Translations under genes and position numbers: made by a program
Notes under the pieces: model-generated
What the model saw: only the letters and a program-made list of their open reading frames with translations
Database searches by the model: none
Told to the model about the DNA's origin: nothing
Part shown: positions 37,301 to 46,587 of the stretch, one piece after another
How positions within the stretch are numbered: position 1 is the stretch's first letter
Layout: each line of letters begins with the position of its first letter
NCBI GenBank assembly: GCA_963730185.1
Contig: CAVSQW010000015.1
Coordinates: 128,001-192,000 of the forward strand
Direction: 5' to 3'
DNA: 64,000 nt
DNA from: an uncultured Gemmatimonadales bacterium
GTDB lineage: Bacteria > Gemmatimonadota > Gemmatimonadetes > Gemmatimonadales > GWC2-71-9

Positions 37301-37459
37301 ATCGTGCTCACCGCCGCGGCCGTGGTGATCGGGGGCGCGGTGATGGTCAGCGACCCGATCTTCCAAGGGCTCGGGTTGGCCCTGATGTCCGGCGCCGTGG
37401 TCGCGACTCTGCTCACGCTGGTGTTGATCCCGCTGCTCTACGCGGAGGTGGAAGCATGA
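34361..37459 (+). CDS. RND efflux permease
   Basis: TPREEEPQI, GILVDDAIVVVEN, GIIVRNSILLVDF, RARPIVLT. Confidence 0.95.
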   Translation: MKTGLSGRIAQAFLQSKLTPLLIVASVVAGVGGVLTTPREEEPQISVPMIDVFVAAPGDSPAEVERRQVEPLERRLWEIPGVEHLYSTISPDGGMTIVRFKVGDDPEESLVKVYSKLSGTPALVKLHTIDDVPVLALTLHGGGYDAFQLRQIAAELRAEIERLPDVAQVELIGGAPRVVTVEPDPVRLASHGLSAPALADALRGANVLLPAGTVLEANRSLPVRAGGLLTSADDVGAVLVGVHQGRGVRVSDVAAVSDGPAEPVWYVSHVTGSTSEPAVTISVAKRPGVNAADLADAILNRTHDLSGRLVPSDLQVTITRNYGETANEKAQELLSHILIATVGVAVLVWLALGWREALIVLVAVPVTLALTLLVYRLLGYTLNRITLFALVFAIGILVDDAIVVVENIARHLAMRRRSPTEAAVEGVDEVGNPTILATFTVIAAILPMAFVTGLMGPYMRPIPVGASLAMLFSLAVAFIATPYLALRLVKEASHGEGEGEGHPPGRMARVYRGLLERLLANRAQRWTAYVVVVLLLLGSVTLVVTGLVTVKMLPFDNKSEFQVVLDFPEGTTLETSSRAAHEIAEALVKDPAVRDVQVYAGTASPFNFNGLVRHYFLRQGPEVADLQVNLRPKDERSDQSHAIAVRLRPAVVAVAERYGARSKVAEIPPGPPVFATLTAEVFGPDDSTRRAVAERVRSAFDSTEGIVDVDWTLADPSQELRVLARNEAATLTGFVTADLAGNLAAVGGLDAGTLHDPRSAEPVPISVRLPAVDRVGVEPLQSLPMLSRAGVVVPASAVADVREVPRLESRYRKDLKPVIYVTADVAGAIEAPVYAMLQVDPILTRAGVATTWRGAETATEQASVNWDGEWQITYEVFRDLGVAFAAVLVLIYFLVVAWFQSFKTPLVIMAPIPLTLIGILPAHAVGGAFFTATSMIGMIALAGIIVRNSILLVDFTELARERGRSVKEAVIEAGLIRARPIVLTAAAVVIGGAVMVSDPIFQGLGLALMSGAVVATLLTLVLIPLLYAEVEA

Positions 37460-37746
37460 AGCTCCTGGTGGTGGCGGTCGACAAGGAGAACGAATCCGAC
37501 GTGATCCGGGTGCTGGAGGACACGGTGGTCTCCGGGTACTCGATCATTCCCCGCGTGCTGGGCCGCGGGGCGACGGGGGCGCATCTCGGGACCCGGGCAT
37601 TCCCGGGGGAGAACGCGATGGTGGTGGCACTGGTGCCCGCCGCCAAGGTGGAGCCGCTCAAGGAGTCGCTGGCGGCCTTGCATGAACGGCTCCGGCCGGG
37701 TCAGGGCCTGACGGCCCTGGTGCTGGACGCCGACCGTCTCGTTTGA
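37456..37746 (+). CDS. P-II-like protein
   Basis: SGYSIIPRVLGRGATG; ATGA overlap with the RND gene. Confidence 0.75.
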   Translation: MKLLVVAVDKENESDVIRVLEDTVVSGYSIIPRVLGRGATGAHLGTRAFPGENAMVVALVPAAKVEPLKESLAALHERLRPGQGLTALVLDADRLV

Positions 37747-37754
37747 GGAGAACC

Positions 37755-38027
37755 ATGAAACCGATGCCGATGCACTACGCGATCCGGCTGGTGGCCGGGA
37801 CCTTCGTCCTTGCCTCCTTGGCGCTGGGACACTGGGTGAACCCACTCTGGTACCTGTTCACCGCGTTCGTCGGGGTGAACCTGATCCAGTCGGCCTTCAC
37901 CCGCTGGTGCCTGATGGAGAAGATCCTGGCCGGCTTGGGCTTGGTGCCGGTGGAGCGTCCCGGCGGCGCGCCCGGCCGCGGCCCCTTGCCGGGCCGGAAC
38001 GATGCCGACACCATCCATCAGCGGTAG
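37755..38027 (+). CDS. DUF2892 (YgaP-like) membrane protein
   Basis: AIRLVAG...FVGVNLIQSAFTRWCLM. Confidence 0.85.
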   Translation: MKPMPMHYAIRLVAGTFVLASLALGHWVNPLWYLFTAFVGVNLIQSAFTRWCLMEKILAGLGLVPVERPGGAPGRGPLPGRNDADTIHQR

Positions 38028-38041
38028 GTAAGGAGAACGCC

Positions 38042-38488
38042 GTGACCAAGACCATGGCCGAACGCCCCGCGACCGTGCGGTGCCCGTTCTGCGAGCAGCT
38101 CAATCGGGTGGACCTGGCCCGGCTGGCCAGCGGGCCCAAGTGCGGCGGGTGCAGTCGGCCCCTCCACCTCGACCGGCCGGTCAAGTCCACCTCGGAGGAC
38201 TTCGACCAGACGCTGGCGGGAACCGCCGTCCCGATCCTGGTGGATTTCTACGCCGACTGGTGTGGTCCCTGCCGGATGATGGCCCCGGCGATCGACGACC
38301 TGGCGGCCACCCGGGCCGGCGAGGTGCTGGTCCTCAAGGTCGACACCGATCGGGCCCAGGACCTGGTGATGCGGTTCGGGATCCGAGGGATCCCGACTCT
38401 GATCGCCTTCCGGGACGGCAAGGAGATCGGCCGGCACGTGGGGCTGGCCCAGCGGCGCGAGCTCGACGCGCTGGTCGGGGCAGGGTAG
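38042..38488 (+). CDS. trxC: Thioredoxin 2 with zinc finger
   Basis: CPFC...CGGC and WCGPC. Confidence 0.9.
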   Translation: MTKTMAERPATVRCPFCEQLNRVDLARLASGPKCGGCSRPLHLDRPVKSTSEDFDQTLAGTAVPILVDFYADWCGPCRMMAPAIDDLAATRAGEVLVLKVDTDRAQDLVMRFGIRGIPTLIAFRDGKEIGRHVGLAQRRELDALVGAG

Positions 38489-38504
38489 GGGCCGCTGCGG
38501 CGCG

Positions 38505-39065
38505 GTGCGAGGCTTCCTCCTTGGCGGCCTGGCGTGCTGGGGGGCGGTGGCCGCCCGCCCGGCGGCGGCCCAGGCGATCGGCGAAGCGGCCCTCGTCGGG
38601 GTGGGTGGCTACGAGTGGGGCGATGCCCACAACGGCGCGCTGGCCGGCGGCGTCGCCCGGTTCGCGCTCCAGCACGGCGCCTTCAGCGTCGGTCCCGAGC
38701 TTCTGGTGGCCAATGGCCGCTCCCTTCGGGTCCGGGCCCTATCGGGCGTGGCCCGGGTTCGTCAGGGACGGGGCTGGGCTCGTCCTTATCTGCTCGTGGG
38801 CCTCGGCGCCTACGCCTGGCAGGACCGGGTGGTGCTCGAGCCGCCGGTGCTCGCCGGAGCGGCCGGAGCGGTCCCGACGACCGACTACTGGCGCGAGACC
38901 CGCTACTTCTCGGGCAGCCTCGGTACCGGAGTCGCGATCGGGTCGCCGGGGGGGCGGCCCGAAGTCGTCCTCGAAGCCCGGTGGCACCGGAATCTCAGCC
39001 AACGCGAGGAGGCCGGTGCCCGGAGCGTTCTCACCGTGGGAGTCGGTCTTCAGTTCGTCTGGTAG
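38505..39065 (+). CDS. Putative small outer-membrane beta-barrel protein
   Basis: Signal peptide, alternating strands (RPYLLVGLG), C-terminal VGVGLQFVW. Confidence 0.6.
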   Translation: MRGFLLGGLACWGAVAARPAAAQAIGEAALVGVGGYEWGDAHNGALAGGVARFALQHGAFSVGPELLVANGRSLRVRALSGVARVRQGRGWARPYLLVGLGAYAWQDRVVLEPPVLAGAAGAVPTTDYWRETRYFSGSLGTGVAIGSPGGRPEVVLEARWHRNLSQREEAGARSVLTVGVGLQFVW

Positions 39066-39147
39066 CCGGGCGCCCGTGTTGACGCGCCAATCGGCCGCCG
39101 TCTAGCTTCTCCCCCGATCCCATCCTTCCGGTGAGGCCAGACCCGAC

Positions 39148-40080
39148 GTGCCCGTGACGCTCTTCCTGCCTGACCTCCTCCAGCGTGTGGCGCAGTTCCT
39201 CGGCGTGAGTCCAGACCAGGTCACCTCGGTGCTGCTCGAGAAGTCGGGCAAGCTGGTGTTCATCTGGGCCGGTGCCTGGGTTGTCTACCGGCTGGTCAAA
39301 CTCCTGGCCGCCCGGATCGTCGCGTCGGTCGACGACGGCAACGATGCCGTGATGACGGCCGCGGAGAAGCGGGGGCATACCATCGCGACGCTGGTCCGGA
39401 GCACCGGCCGGATCGCGATCATCGTGATGGCCGCGTTGTTGAGTCTGGCCGAGTTCATCAACATCGGCCCGCTGCTGGCCGGGGCCGGGGTGTTCGGGCT
39501 GGCGGTGTCGTTCGGCGCCCAGTCGCTGGTCAAGGACGTGATCAGCGGGTTCTTCCTGATGATCGAGAACGGCTTCGCCGTGGGCGACGTGATCGAGGCG
39601 GGTGGGAAGACCGGTGTGGTGGAGCGACTCACCCTCCGGGTCGTGTACCTTCGCGACCTGCGCGGCGTGCTCCATATCGTGCGGAACGGCCAGATCGAGA
39701 CGGTGAGCAACTTCACCAACGGCTGGTCGCGGGCGGTGGTGGAGGTCGACGTGGCCTACGACGCCAATGTGGACCGGGCCCTCGCGGTCTTCCGGGACGA
39801 GGTCGCCAAGCTGGCCGCCGATCTCGCCTGGAACGGTCATCTCGACGGCCCGCCCGAAGTGACCGGGATCGAGAACCTGGGCGAGAGCGGGGTGACCATC
39901 CGCACCCTGATCCGGACTGCGCCCGGGCAGCATTGGGCGGTGGCCCGGGAGCTCCGCCGCCGGCTCAAGAACCGGCTCGACGCTGAAGGGATCGAGATCC
40001 CGTTCCCGCAACGGACCATCCACATCCGGCCCGCCGATTCGGAGCCGGCGGCCCCTCCCATCGCCGCCAAGGACGGGTAA
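39148..40080 (+). CDS. MscS family mechanosensitive channel
   Basis: GLAVSFGAQSLVKDVISG, VGDVI, GIEIPFPQRT; upstream TTGACG-N18-TAGCTT. Confidence 0.93.
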   Translation: MPVTLFLPDLLQRVAQFLGVSPDQVTSVLLEKSGKLVFIWAGAWVVYRLVKLLAARIVASVDDGNDAVMTAAEKRGHTIATLVRSTGRIAIIVMAALLSLAEFINIGPLLAGAGVFGLAVSFGAQSLVKDVISGFFLMIENGFAVGDVIEAGGKTGVVERLTLRVVYLRDLRGVLHIVRNGQIETVSNFTNGWSRAVVEVDVAYDANVDRALAVFRDEVAKLAADLAWNGHLDGPPEVTGIENLGESGVTIRTLIRTAPGQHWAVARELRRRLKNRLDAEGIEIPFPQRTIHIRPADSEPAAPPIAAKDG

Positions 40081-40081
40081 C

Positions 40082-41506
40082 GTGGGTCTTTCGCTCTACA
40101 ACACGCTCACCCGCCGACTCGATCCGTTCGAGCCGCTGGCGCCGCCCCGGGTCACCCTCTATTCCTGCGGCCCCACCGTCTGGAACTACGCCCACATCGG
40201 GAACTTCCGGACCTTTCTGTTCGTGGACCTGCTCCGCCGCTGGCTCGAAGCGAGCGGATACCAGGTCTTCCACATCATGAACCTGACGGACGTCGACGAC
40301 CGGATCATCCGCGAGGCGACGGCCAAGGGCATCACCCTCGACGCCCTGGTGACGCCGTTCATTGACGCCTTCTACCAGGATCGGGACTATCTCCGGATCC
40401 GGCCGGCTCACGAGTACCCGCGCGCCACCCACCACATCGCCGCGATGGTCCGGCTGGTCGAGGGCCTGCTGGCCAACGGCACCGCCTATCGGGGCGACGA
40501 CGGCTCGGTCTACTTCGCGATCGACCGGTTTCCGGCCTATGGGCGGCTCTCGCAACTCGACCGGCGGGAGCTCAAGGCCGGCGGGAGCGGCCGGGTGGCC
40601 AGCGACGAGTATGCCAAGGAGAACGCCCAGGACTTCGTGCTCTGGAAGGCGGCCAAGCCCGAGGACGAGGCCGCCGGCGCGGCCTGGGACGCCCCCTTCG
40701 GCCGGGGCCGTCCAGGGTGGCACCTGGAGTGCTCGGCCATGGCGCTCGAGCTGATCGGGGAGCGATACGGCGCCCGGGTGCTGGACCTCCACACCGGCGG
40801 CGTCGACTTGATCTTTCCCCACCACGAGGACGAGATCGCCCAGAGCTGCGCCTACACCGGCCAGTCGGACTTCGCCCGGGTCTGGCTCCACGGCGCGTTT
40901 CTCAACGTGCGCGGCGCCAAGATGTCCAAGCGGTTCGGCAACATCACCACGGCGCGCGATCTCGAGGCCGACGGGGTGGATCCGGCCGCGATCCGGCTCC
41001 TGATGTCGCAAACCCACTATCGCCAGCCGTTCGACCTGACCGACGAGGGACTGGAGGCGGCCCGAGAGGGCTCCCGGCGGCTGGGCGACATGGACCGGCG
41101 GCTCCAGGCCTCGGCGGGGGCAGGTGGGGCGCTCGACGAGCTGGTCGCCCGGACCGACGCCGACTTCCGCGCCGCCCTCGACGACGACCTCAACGCGCCC
41201 CGGGCGGTCGCGGCCGTGTTCGACTTCGTCCGCGAGGCAAACCGGATGCTGGATGGGGGCGCGAAGATCGGGGAGCCCGCCCGGGCGGCGTGGCGGCGGT
41301 GGACCGGTGAGGTGCTGGACGTGCTGCCGTCCCGTCAGGCGGTGGACGCGGAGCTGGCCGAGTGGGTCGAGGCCCGGCTGGCCGAGCGGGCTCAGGCCAA
41401 GAAACAGCGCGACTTCGGACGGGCCGACGCGATCCGGGCCGAGCTGACCGGCCGGGGGATCGTGGTCGAGGATACTCCGGCCGGGCCCAAGTGGCGGCTG
41501 GGCTGA
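40082..41506 (+). CDS. cysS: Cysteine--tRNA ligase
   Basis: CGPTV, HIGN, PGWHLECS, FPHHEDE, KMSK. Confidence 0.97.
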   Translation: MGLSLYNTLTRRLDPFEPLAPPRVTLYSCGPTVWNYAHIGNFRTFLFVDLLRRWLEASGYQVFHIMNLTDVDDRIIREATAKGITLDALVTPFIDAFYQDRDYLRIRPAHEYPRATHHIAAMVRLVEGLLANGTAYRGDDGSVYFAIDRFPAYGRLSQLDRRELKAGGSGRVASDEYAKENAQDFVLWKAAKPEDEAAGAAWDAPFGRGRPGWHLECSAMALELIGERYGARVLDLHTGGVDLIFPHHEDEIAQSCAYTGQSDFARVWLHGAFLNVRGAKMSKRFGNITTARDLEADGVDPAAIRLLMSQTHYRQPFDLTDEGLEAAREGSRRLGDMDRRLQASAGAGGALDELVARTDADFRAALDDDLNAPRAVAAVFDFVREANRMLDGGAKIGEPARAAWRRWTGEVLDVLPSRQAVDAELAEWVEARLAERAQAKKQRDFGRADAIRAELTGRGIVVEDTPAGPKWRLG

Positions 41507-41557
41507 TCGTTCCGCCCCTTCCCGGGCCGATCCCCCTGCCCCGGTCCTCGGGACCGA

Positions 41558-42493
41558 TCAGTAGGCCATCCCTCGCCGCCGGGTGACCAGGACGTCGCAG
41601 GGCGCGCGCTCCACCACCGCTTCCGCGACACTGCCGAGGAACAGCCGCCCCAACCGGGACTTGCCGGACGAGCCGACGGCCAGGAGGTCGGCCTTCTTCG
41701 CCCGGGCCTGCTCGAGCAGGACGGAGCGAGGATCCCCGGTCTTGAGGATCAATCCTTCGATCCCGGCGGGCTCCAGGGCTCGCCGCACCGCCCGGGCCCG
41801 CTCCCGGACGGCTTCGCCGGCCCGCTGGCGACGAGCCCGTGCCCCACTGGGCACCAGGGCCGCGGGCACCCCCGCGAGCGGATCGTCGAACGCTGCGACC
41901 GCGGCCAGTCGGGCGGTGGCCGGAGTGATGCGCCGCATCATCTGGGCGGCGCGCTTGGCTTCGGCGGAGAGGTCGTAGCCGACCAAGGCGCGTCGGTAGG
42001 GCGCGGTGGGCGGCGGCCCGACCACCAGAACGGGTTGTCGACCGCGGCGGACCATTCGGCGGGCGGTCGTGCCGATCAGGATCTCTTTCATCCGCGACTG
42101 GCCTCGGCGTCCCACCACCACGAGGTCGGCCTCGAGGATCTTGGCCAGCCGGAGCAGCTCCTCCGCGGGGTCGCCGCGGACCAGGCGGGTGGTCACGGTC
42201 ACGTCCGTTCGGCCCCGCTCCTCCAGCGTCCCGGCCAGTTTGGCCGCCGTGGTCTCGAGCTCGGTCTCGGCCGCGCCGCGGACCACCGAATCGGTAGCCG
42301 GGTCGATCCTCCGCGGGAGCACGGAGGCCACCACGACCGAGGCCCGCGAGGTCAGCGGCAGGGTCGCCACCCGGCGGACCGCCCGATCGCCGTCGAGCGA
42401 CAGATCGGTGCCGACCAGGACCCGCCCGACGCCGATCCCGCGGGTGGTTCGGGATCGGCGGCTCACCGGTCGACTCTTTCCTCGGGTCGTCAT
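41558..42493 (-). CDS. Universal stress protein, tandem domains
   Basis: VLVGTDLS, GRRG...IGTTA, LGSVAEAVVERAPCDVLV. Confidence 0.9.
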   Translation of the reverse strand: MTTRGKSRPVSRRSRTTRGIGVGRVLVGTDLSLDGDRAVRRVATLPLTSRASVVVASVLPRRIDPATDSVVRGAAETELETTAAKLAGTLEERGRTDVTVTTRLVRGDPAEELLRLAKILEADLVVVGRRGQSRMKEILIGTTARRMVRRGRQPVLVVGPPPTAPYRRALVGYDLSAEAKRAAQMMRRITPATARLAAVAAFDDPLAGVPAALVPSGARARRQRAGEAVRERARAVRRALEPAGIEGLILKTGDPRSVLLEQARAKKADLLAVGSSGKSRLGRLFLGSVAEAVVERAPCDVLVTRRRGMAY

Positions 42494-42532
42494 CGTAACT
42501 CCTCCGTGCTGGTTGGCCGCCGCCTCAGTGAC

Positions 42533-42641
42533 AAGGTCGGGGCCGTGGCTTAACGTGGTCGTGGAACGGCCCTGAGCGTTTCTTCCGAAGGGAACCCTTC
42601 CCGACGGCTTCAGGTCCGCTTCATCGACGCGAGCGCTGATT
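42533..42641. promoter_or_regulatory. Back-to-back regulon promoters (usp on -, esterase operon on +)
   Basis: Plus: CTTCC/CTTCA/CTTCA at 42597/42608/42619, CTGATT at 42636. Minus (weaker): GCTCA/TTCCA/CGTTA, then GACCTT. Confidence 0.55.
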
Positions 42642-42666
42642 CGAGAGGTCGGTTCCGGAGGCGGCG

Positions 42667-44595
42667 ATGGGGACCGCTCGTAGGGCATTGATGGTGGAGG
42701 CCCAGCTGGCCGGACGGGGGATTGCCGATCCGGCGGTGCTCGCGGCCATGAACGCCGTGTCGCGCGAGTCCTATCTTCCGAACCAGCTGATCGATGAGGC
42801 CTGGGACGATGCGGCGATCGTCGTGGCGCCGGGTCAGGTGTTGCCGCAACCTTGGCTTCTGGCCCGGGCGCTCGAGGCCCTGGAGCCCAGCCCCGCCGAC
42901 CGGGTGCTGGAGCTCGACGCCGGCCTGGACTACTCGACCGCGGTGCTCCGCCGGCTGGTGCGGGAGGTCGTGACGGTCCCGCCGACCGACGGCGACCCCC
43001 CGTTCGACGCGATCCTGGTCCACGACCGGACCGAGGCGGCGGCGGTGCGACTCCTGCCTTGGCTCCGCGAGGGTGGGCGTCTGGTGGCCGTGGTCCCGGA
43101 AGGTCCCGGGGAGCGCCGGTTGGTGCGGTTCCGGCGCCGACGCGGCGGAACCGAGTACGACCGTAACCCGCTCGAGCGGGCCCGCTTCGTGCTGCTCCCC
43201 TGGGGCGCCGAGACCCGCTCCGACCTGGGCCGCTACCTGCCCGGGCTGGCGCCGTCCGATCCGCGGGCCGCGGCCGGGCTGGTCCGGGAGGTAGCCGAAC
43301 CGTTCGGGTCGGTCGAGGACTTCGATCCCGGCCCGATTCTGGAGCGACTGGGCGACGCCCGTCTGGTGCTCATCGGGGAGGCGAGTCACGGGACCTCGGA
43401 GTTCTACCGGCTCCGCGCCCGCCTAACGCGGGCACTGATCGAGCGCCGGCGCTTCGCCTTCGTCGCCGCGGAAGCGGACTGGCCCGACGCGACCCAAGTG
43501 GATCGGTACGTCCGGCACCGGCCGCCCGACCCGGCCGACGAGCCGCCCTTCATCCGGTTTCCGACCTGGATGTGGCGCAACCGCGAGGTGGCCGGGTTCG
43601 TCGGGTGGCTCCACGAGTGGAACGCGGGGCGGGGCAGCGGGGGCGGCCGGGTCGGCTTCCACGGCCTCGATCTCTATAGCCTTCGAACCTCGCTCCGCCT
43701 GGTCCTGGACTATCTCGACCGGGTCGACCCGGCTGCGGCCCGCCTGGCGCGGGAACGCTACGGGTGCCTCCGCCCGTGGGAGCTCTCGCCGGCCGCCTAC
43801 GGCCGCTACGCGCTCTCGGCCGGTTACCGCTCCTGCGAGGAGCCGGTGGTCCGGCAGCTGACCGAGCTGCTTCGGCAACGGCTGGCCTATGGCGGCCGGG
43901 ACGGTGAGCAGTTCTTCGACGCCGAGCAGAATGCCCGGCTGGTAGCCGACGCCGAGCGGTACTATCGGGCGATGTACTACGGCTCGGTCGCCTCGTGGAA
44001 TCTCCGTGATCGGCACATGTTCGCCACCCTGGACCGGCTGCTGACGGCCTACGGGCCGACCTCCCGCGGCGTGGTCTGGGCCCACAACTCGCACCTGGGT
44101 GACGCCTCGGCCACCGAGCTGGGCGGGCGGGGCGAGCTCAACATGGGTCAGCTCTGCCGGGCGGCGTTCGGGCCGAGCGCCTATCTGATCGGATTCGGGA
44201 CCGACCGCGGGACGGTGGCAGCGGCCCAGGACTGGGACGGGCCGCTCGAGATCAAGACGGTCCGCCCGGCCCATCCGGAGAGCTACGAAGCTCTTTGTCG
44301 CGCGGCCGAACGACCGGCCTTCGCGCTTCACCTTCGGGACCCGCGGCGGCCCGAGGTGCGGGACGAGCTGCTGCCGATTCGCCTGGAACGGGCGATCGGC
44401 GTCATCTATCGCCCCGAGACGGAGCGTCAGAGCCACTACTTCGCGGCCTCGCTTCCGCGCCAGTTCGACGAGTACCTCTGGGTGAGTGAAACGAGCGCCG
44501 TGGCCCCGCTGGCCGTTACCGAGCGATTCCCCCCGGTTTCACGGGACCTTCAGGGCCCGATGGCCACGTTGCGGGGAGGGGAGGAGAGCCGCTGA
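42667..44595 (+). CDS. Erythromycin-esterase-family protein with degenerate N-terminal Pcm-like domain
   Basis: IGEASHGTSEFY, EADWPD, FPTWMWRN, WNLRDRHM, VVWAHNSH, ERAIGVIYRP. Confidence 0.9.
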   Translation: MGTARRALMVEAQLAGRGIADPAVLAAMNAVSRESYLPNQLIDEAWDDAAIVVAPGQVLPQPWLLARALEALEPSPADRVLELDAGLDYSTAVLRRLVREVVTVPPTDGDPPFDAILVHDRTEAAAVRLLPWLREGGRLVAVVPEGPGERRLVRFRRRRGGTEYDRNPLERARFVLLPWGAETRSDLGRYLPGLAPSDPRAAAGLVREVAEPFGSVEDFDPGPILERLGDARLVLIGEASHGTSEFYRLRARLTRALIERRRFAFVAAEADWPDATQVDRYVRHRPPDPADEPPFIRFPTWMWRNREVAGFVGWLHEWNAGRGSGGGRVGFHGLDLYSLRTSLRLVLDYLDRVDPAAARLARERYGCLRPWELSPAAYGRYALSAGYRSCEEPVVRQLTELLRQRLAYGGRDGEQFFDAEQNARLVADAERYYRAMYYGSVASWNLRDRHMFATLDRLLTAYGPTSRGVVWAHNSHLGDASATELGGRGELNMGQLCRAAFGPSAYLIGFGTDRGTVAAAQDWDGPLEIKTVRPAHPESYEALCRAAERPAFALHLRDPRRPEVRDELLPIRLERAIGVIYRPETERQSHYFAASLPRQFDEYLWVSETSAVAPLAVTERFPPVSRDLQGPMATLRGGEESR

Positions 44596-45260
44596 TGGAA
44601 TTCCAGGTGTTTCGGGATCGGCACGACGCCGGCCGGCAGTTGGCGGTCGCGCTGGAGCGATTCCGGGCGGACCGACCGGTGGTGCTCGGGTTGCCGCGCG
44701 GTGGCGTGCCGGTGGCCGCGGAGGTCGCGCGCGCTCTGGACGCTCCGCTCGACGTTCTGGTCGTGCGGAAAATCGGCGTGCCGTGGCAGCCGGAGTTTGC
44801 GATCGGCGCGATGGGCGAGGGGGTGGTCAAGCTCGATCAGGCGCTCATCCGCCGGATGGGTATCTCGTTCGACGACGTCCACGAGGTGGTGGATCGCGAG
44901 AGCCGGGAGCTCGAGCGGCGGATCCGGGTGTACCGGGCGGTCCGCGCCCCGATCGAGGTAACGGACCGGCCCGTCATCGTGGTCGACGACGGGCTCGCCA
45001 CCGGGTTCACCGCCCGGGCCGCCATCGAGGTGCTCCGGCGACACCGGCCCTCGCGAGTCGTCTTCGCCGCTCCGGTCTGCGCCCCGGATTCCGCCCGGCG
45101 ATTGGCCGGCGTGGTCGACGAGGTGGTGTGTCTTCGGCAGCCCGGCGATTTCCGGGCGGTGGGACGCTGGTATCGGGACTTCTCACCGACGGCCGAGGCC
45201 GAAGTGGTGGCCTTGCTCGAGGAGGCGTCGGCCGCCACGGGCGGTCGTGCTCTCCGGTAG
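44595..45260 (+). CDS. Phosphoribosyltransferase-like protein
   Basis: FRDRHDAGRQL, GLPRGGVPVA, VVDDGLATG. Confidence 0.92.
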   Translation: MEFQVFRDRHDAGRQLAVALERFRADRPVVLGLPRGGVPVAAEVARALDAPLDVLVVRKIGVPWQPEFAIGAMGEGVVKLDQALIRRMGISFDDVHEVVDRESRELERRIRVYRAVRAPIEVTDRPVIVVDDGLATGFTARAAIEVLRRHRPSRVVFAAPVCAPDSARRLAGVVDEVVCLRQPGDFRAVGRWYRDFSPTAEAEVVALLEEASAATGGRALR

Positions 45261-45281
45261 GACGCCTGGAAGGAGGCCTCC

Positions 45282-45953
45282 GTGGCCAAATTGACGACGA
45301 CGCTGGTGGAGCGGGACGTTGGGGTAGTGGCCGGCACCGTGCTGTTGGCCGGCACCCTGACCATCCCGCCGGAGGCCGGCGGGATGGTGTTCTTCGCCCA
45401 TGGCTCGGGCAGCAGCCGGTCGAGCCCCCGGAACCGCTTCGTGGCCCGCCGTCTCAACGAGGCCGGTCTGGCCACCCTGCTTTTCGACTTGCTCACCGAG
45501 CGCGAGGCCGCGGAACGGACGAATGTGTTCGACGTCGACCTGCTCGGCCGGCGGCTGGTCGAGGCCATCGATTGGCATCGGGGTCAGGCCGGGCTCGAAG
45601 GCCTGCCGGTCGGCGTCTTTGGCGCGAGTACCGGTGCCGCCGCGGCGCTGATCGCCGCCGCTCGGCTCCCCGGAACGGTTCGGGCCGTGGTCTCGCGAGG
45701 CGGCCGGCCCGACCTGGCGGGTGACGCGCTGGGGCGGGTGCTGGCACCCACGCTGCTCCTCGTCGGCGGTGAGGACGACCTGGTGCTCGAGCTCAATCAG
45801 GCCGCCATCGCCCGCCTCGCGAGTCCCAAGCGGCTGGTGGTCATTCCCGGGGCGGGGCACCTGTTCGAGGAGCCCGGCAAGCTCGAAGCCGTATCCCGGC
45901 TCGCGGCCGAGTGGTTCGTTCGCTACCTGACCGTCAAACGGCTGGCGGAGTGA
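45282..45953 (+). CDS. Dienelactone hydrolase-family alpha/beta hydrolase
   Basis: FAHGSGSSRSSPRN, GASTG, SRGGRPDL, HLFEEPG. Confidence 0.9.
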   Translation: MAKLTTTLVERDVGVVAGTVLLAGTLTIPPEAGGMVFFAHGSGSSRSSPRNRFVARRLNEAGLATLLFDLLTEREAAERTNVFDVDLLGRRLVEAIDWHRGQAGLEGLPVGVFGASTGAAAALIAAARLPGTVRAVVSRGGRPDLAGDALGRVLAPTLLLVGGEDDLVLELNQAAIARLASPKRLVVIPGAGHLFEEPGKLEAVSRLAAEWFVRYLTVKRLAE

Positions 45954-45982
45954 CGATCGGCGGCCCCGCCGTCGGCTTCGAG

Positions 45983-46420
45983 TCAGGTCGGAATCTGGGT
46001 CCCCTGGCGGGCCAGGAGTCGCCCGATGGCCTGGGCCTCGTCGACCAAGAGCTCCATGACGTCGTCGAGGCTCACGATTCCCGCGACGTGACCACCCTTA
46101 GCGGTGACGACGAGTCGGCGGGTGCCGAGCCGGGCCATCCGGTTCAACGCCTGCTCGATCGGGGTGTCCTCGTCGACGGTCTGGGCCGGGGTCGACATGA
46201 CCGTCGCGATGGCGGTCTCCTCGGGGTCGAGTCCGGCGGCCAGGCAGCGGGTCACCAGGTCGCGGTCGGTCACGATCCCAACCGGCTCCTGGAAGGATTC
46301 GCCGCCGAGAACCACCAGGGTGCCCACGTCCTCCTCGTTCATGCGCCGAGCGACCGTCCGGACGGTCTCGGTGGCGGTCGCCGTCGCGACGACCCGGCTG
46401 GCGATGCGTCCGACCGACAT
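45983..46420 (-). CDS. CBS-pair protein
   Basis: PVGIVTDRDLV, AGIVSLDDV. Confidence 0.9.
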   Translation of the reverse strand: MSVGRIASRVVATATATETVRTVARRMNEEDVGTLVVLGGESFQEPVGIVTDRDLVTRCLAAGLDPEETAIATVMSTPAQTVDEDTPIEQALNRMARLGTRRLVVTAKGGHVAGIVSLDDVMELLVDEAQAIGRLLARQGTQIPT

Positions 46421-46468
46421 GGTTCCCTCCTAGGCTGACGGGCTGGGGCGGTACATCACCCGGGCTCA

Positions 46469-46578
46469 ACGGTACCGCGTAGCGGGTGAGGGCGGCCTGA
46501 AGCCTGAGTGAGAAGGTGATGAGCGCCCGGGAACTTCCCGCTGCGTTAATGCTGTCGTCAGGATCGGCGTCCCAACTT
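46469..46578. promoter_or_regulatory. Back-to-back regulon promoters (CBS on -, glgA on +)
   Basis: Minus: four TCA repeats (forward TGA at 46487/46498/46509/46520), then TACCGT. Plus: CTTCC/GTTAA/CGTCA at 46534/46545/46556, CAACTT at 46573. Confidence 0.6.
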
Positions 46579-46587
46579 GGGGGAGCC

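Noticed and set aside
42667..44595. Macrolide resistance gene
   Set aside because: Family name only; the Rv2030c-like context suggests a stress role, and activity cannot be inferred.
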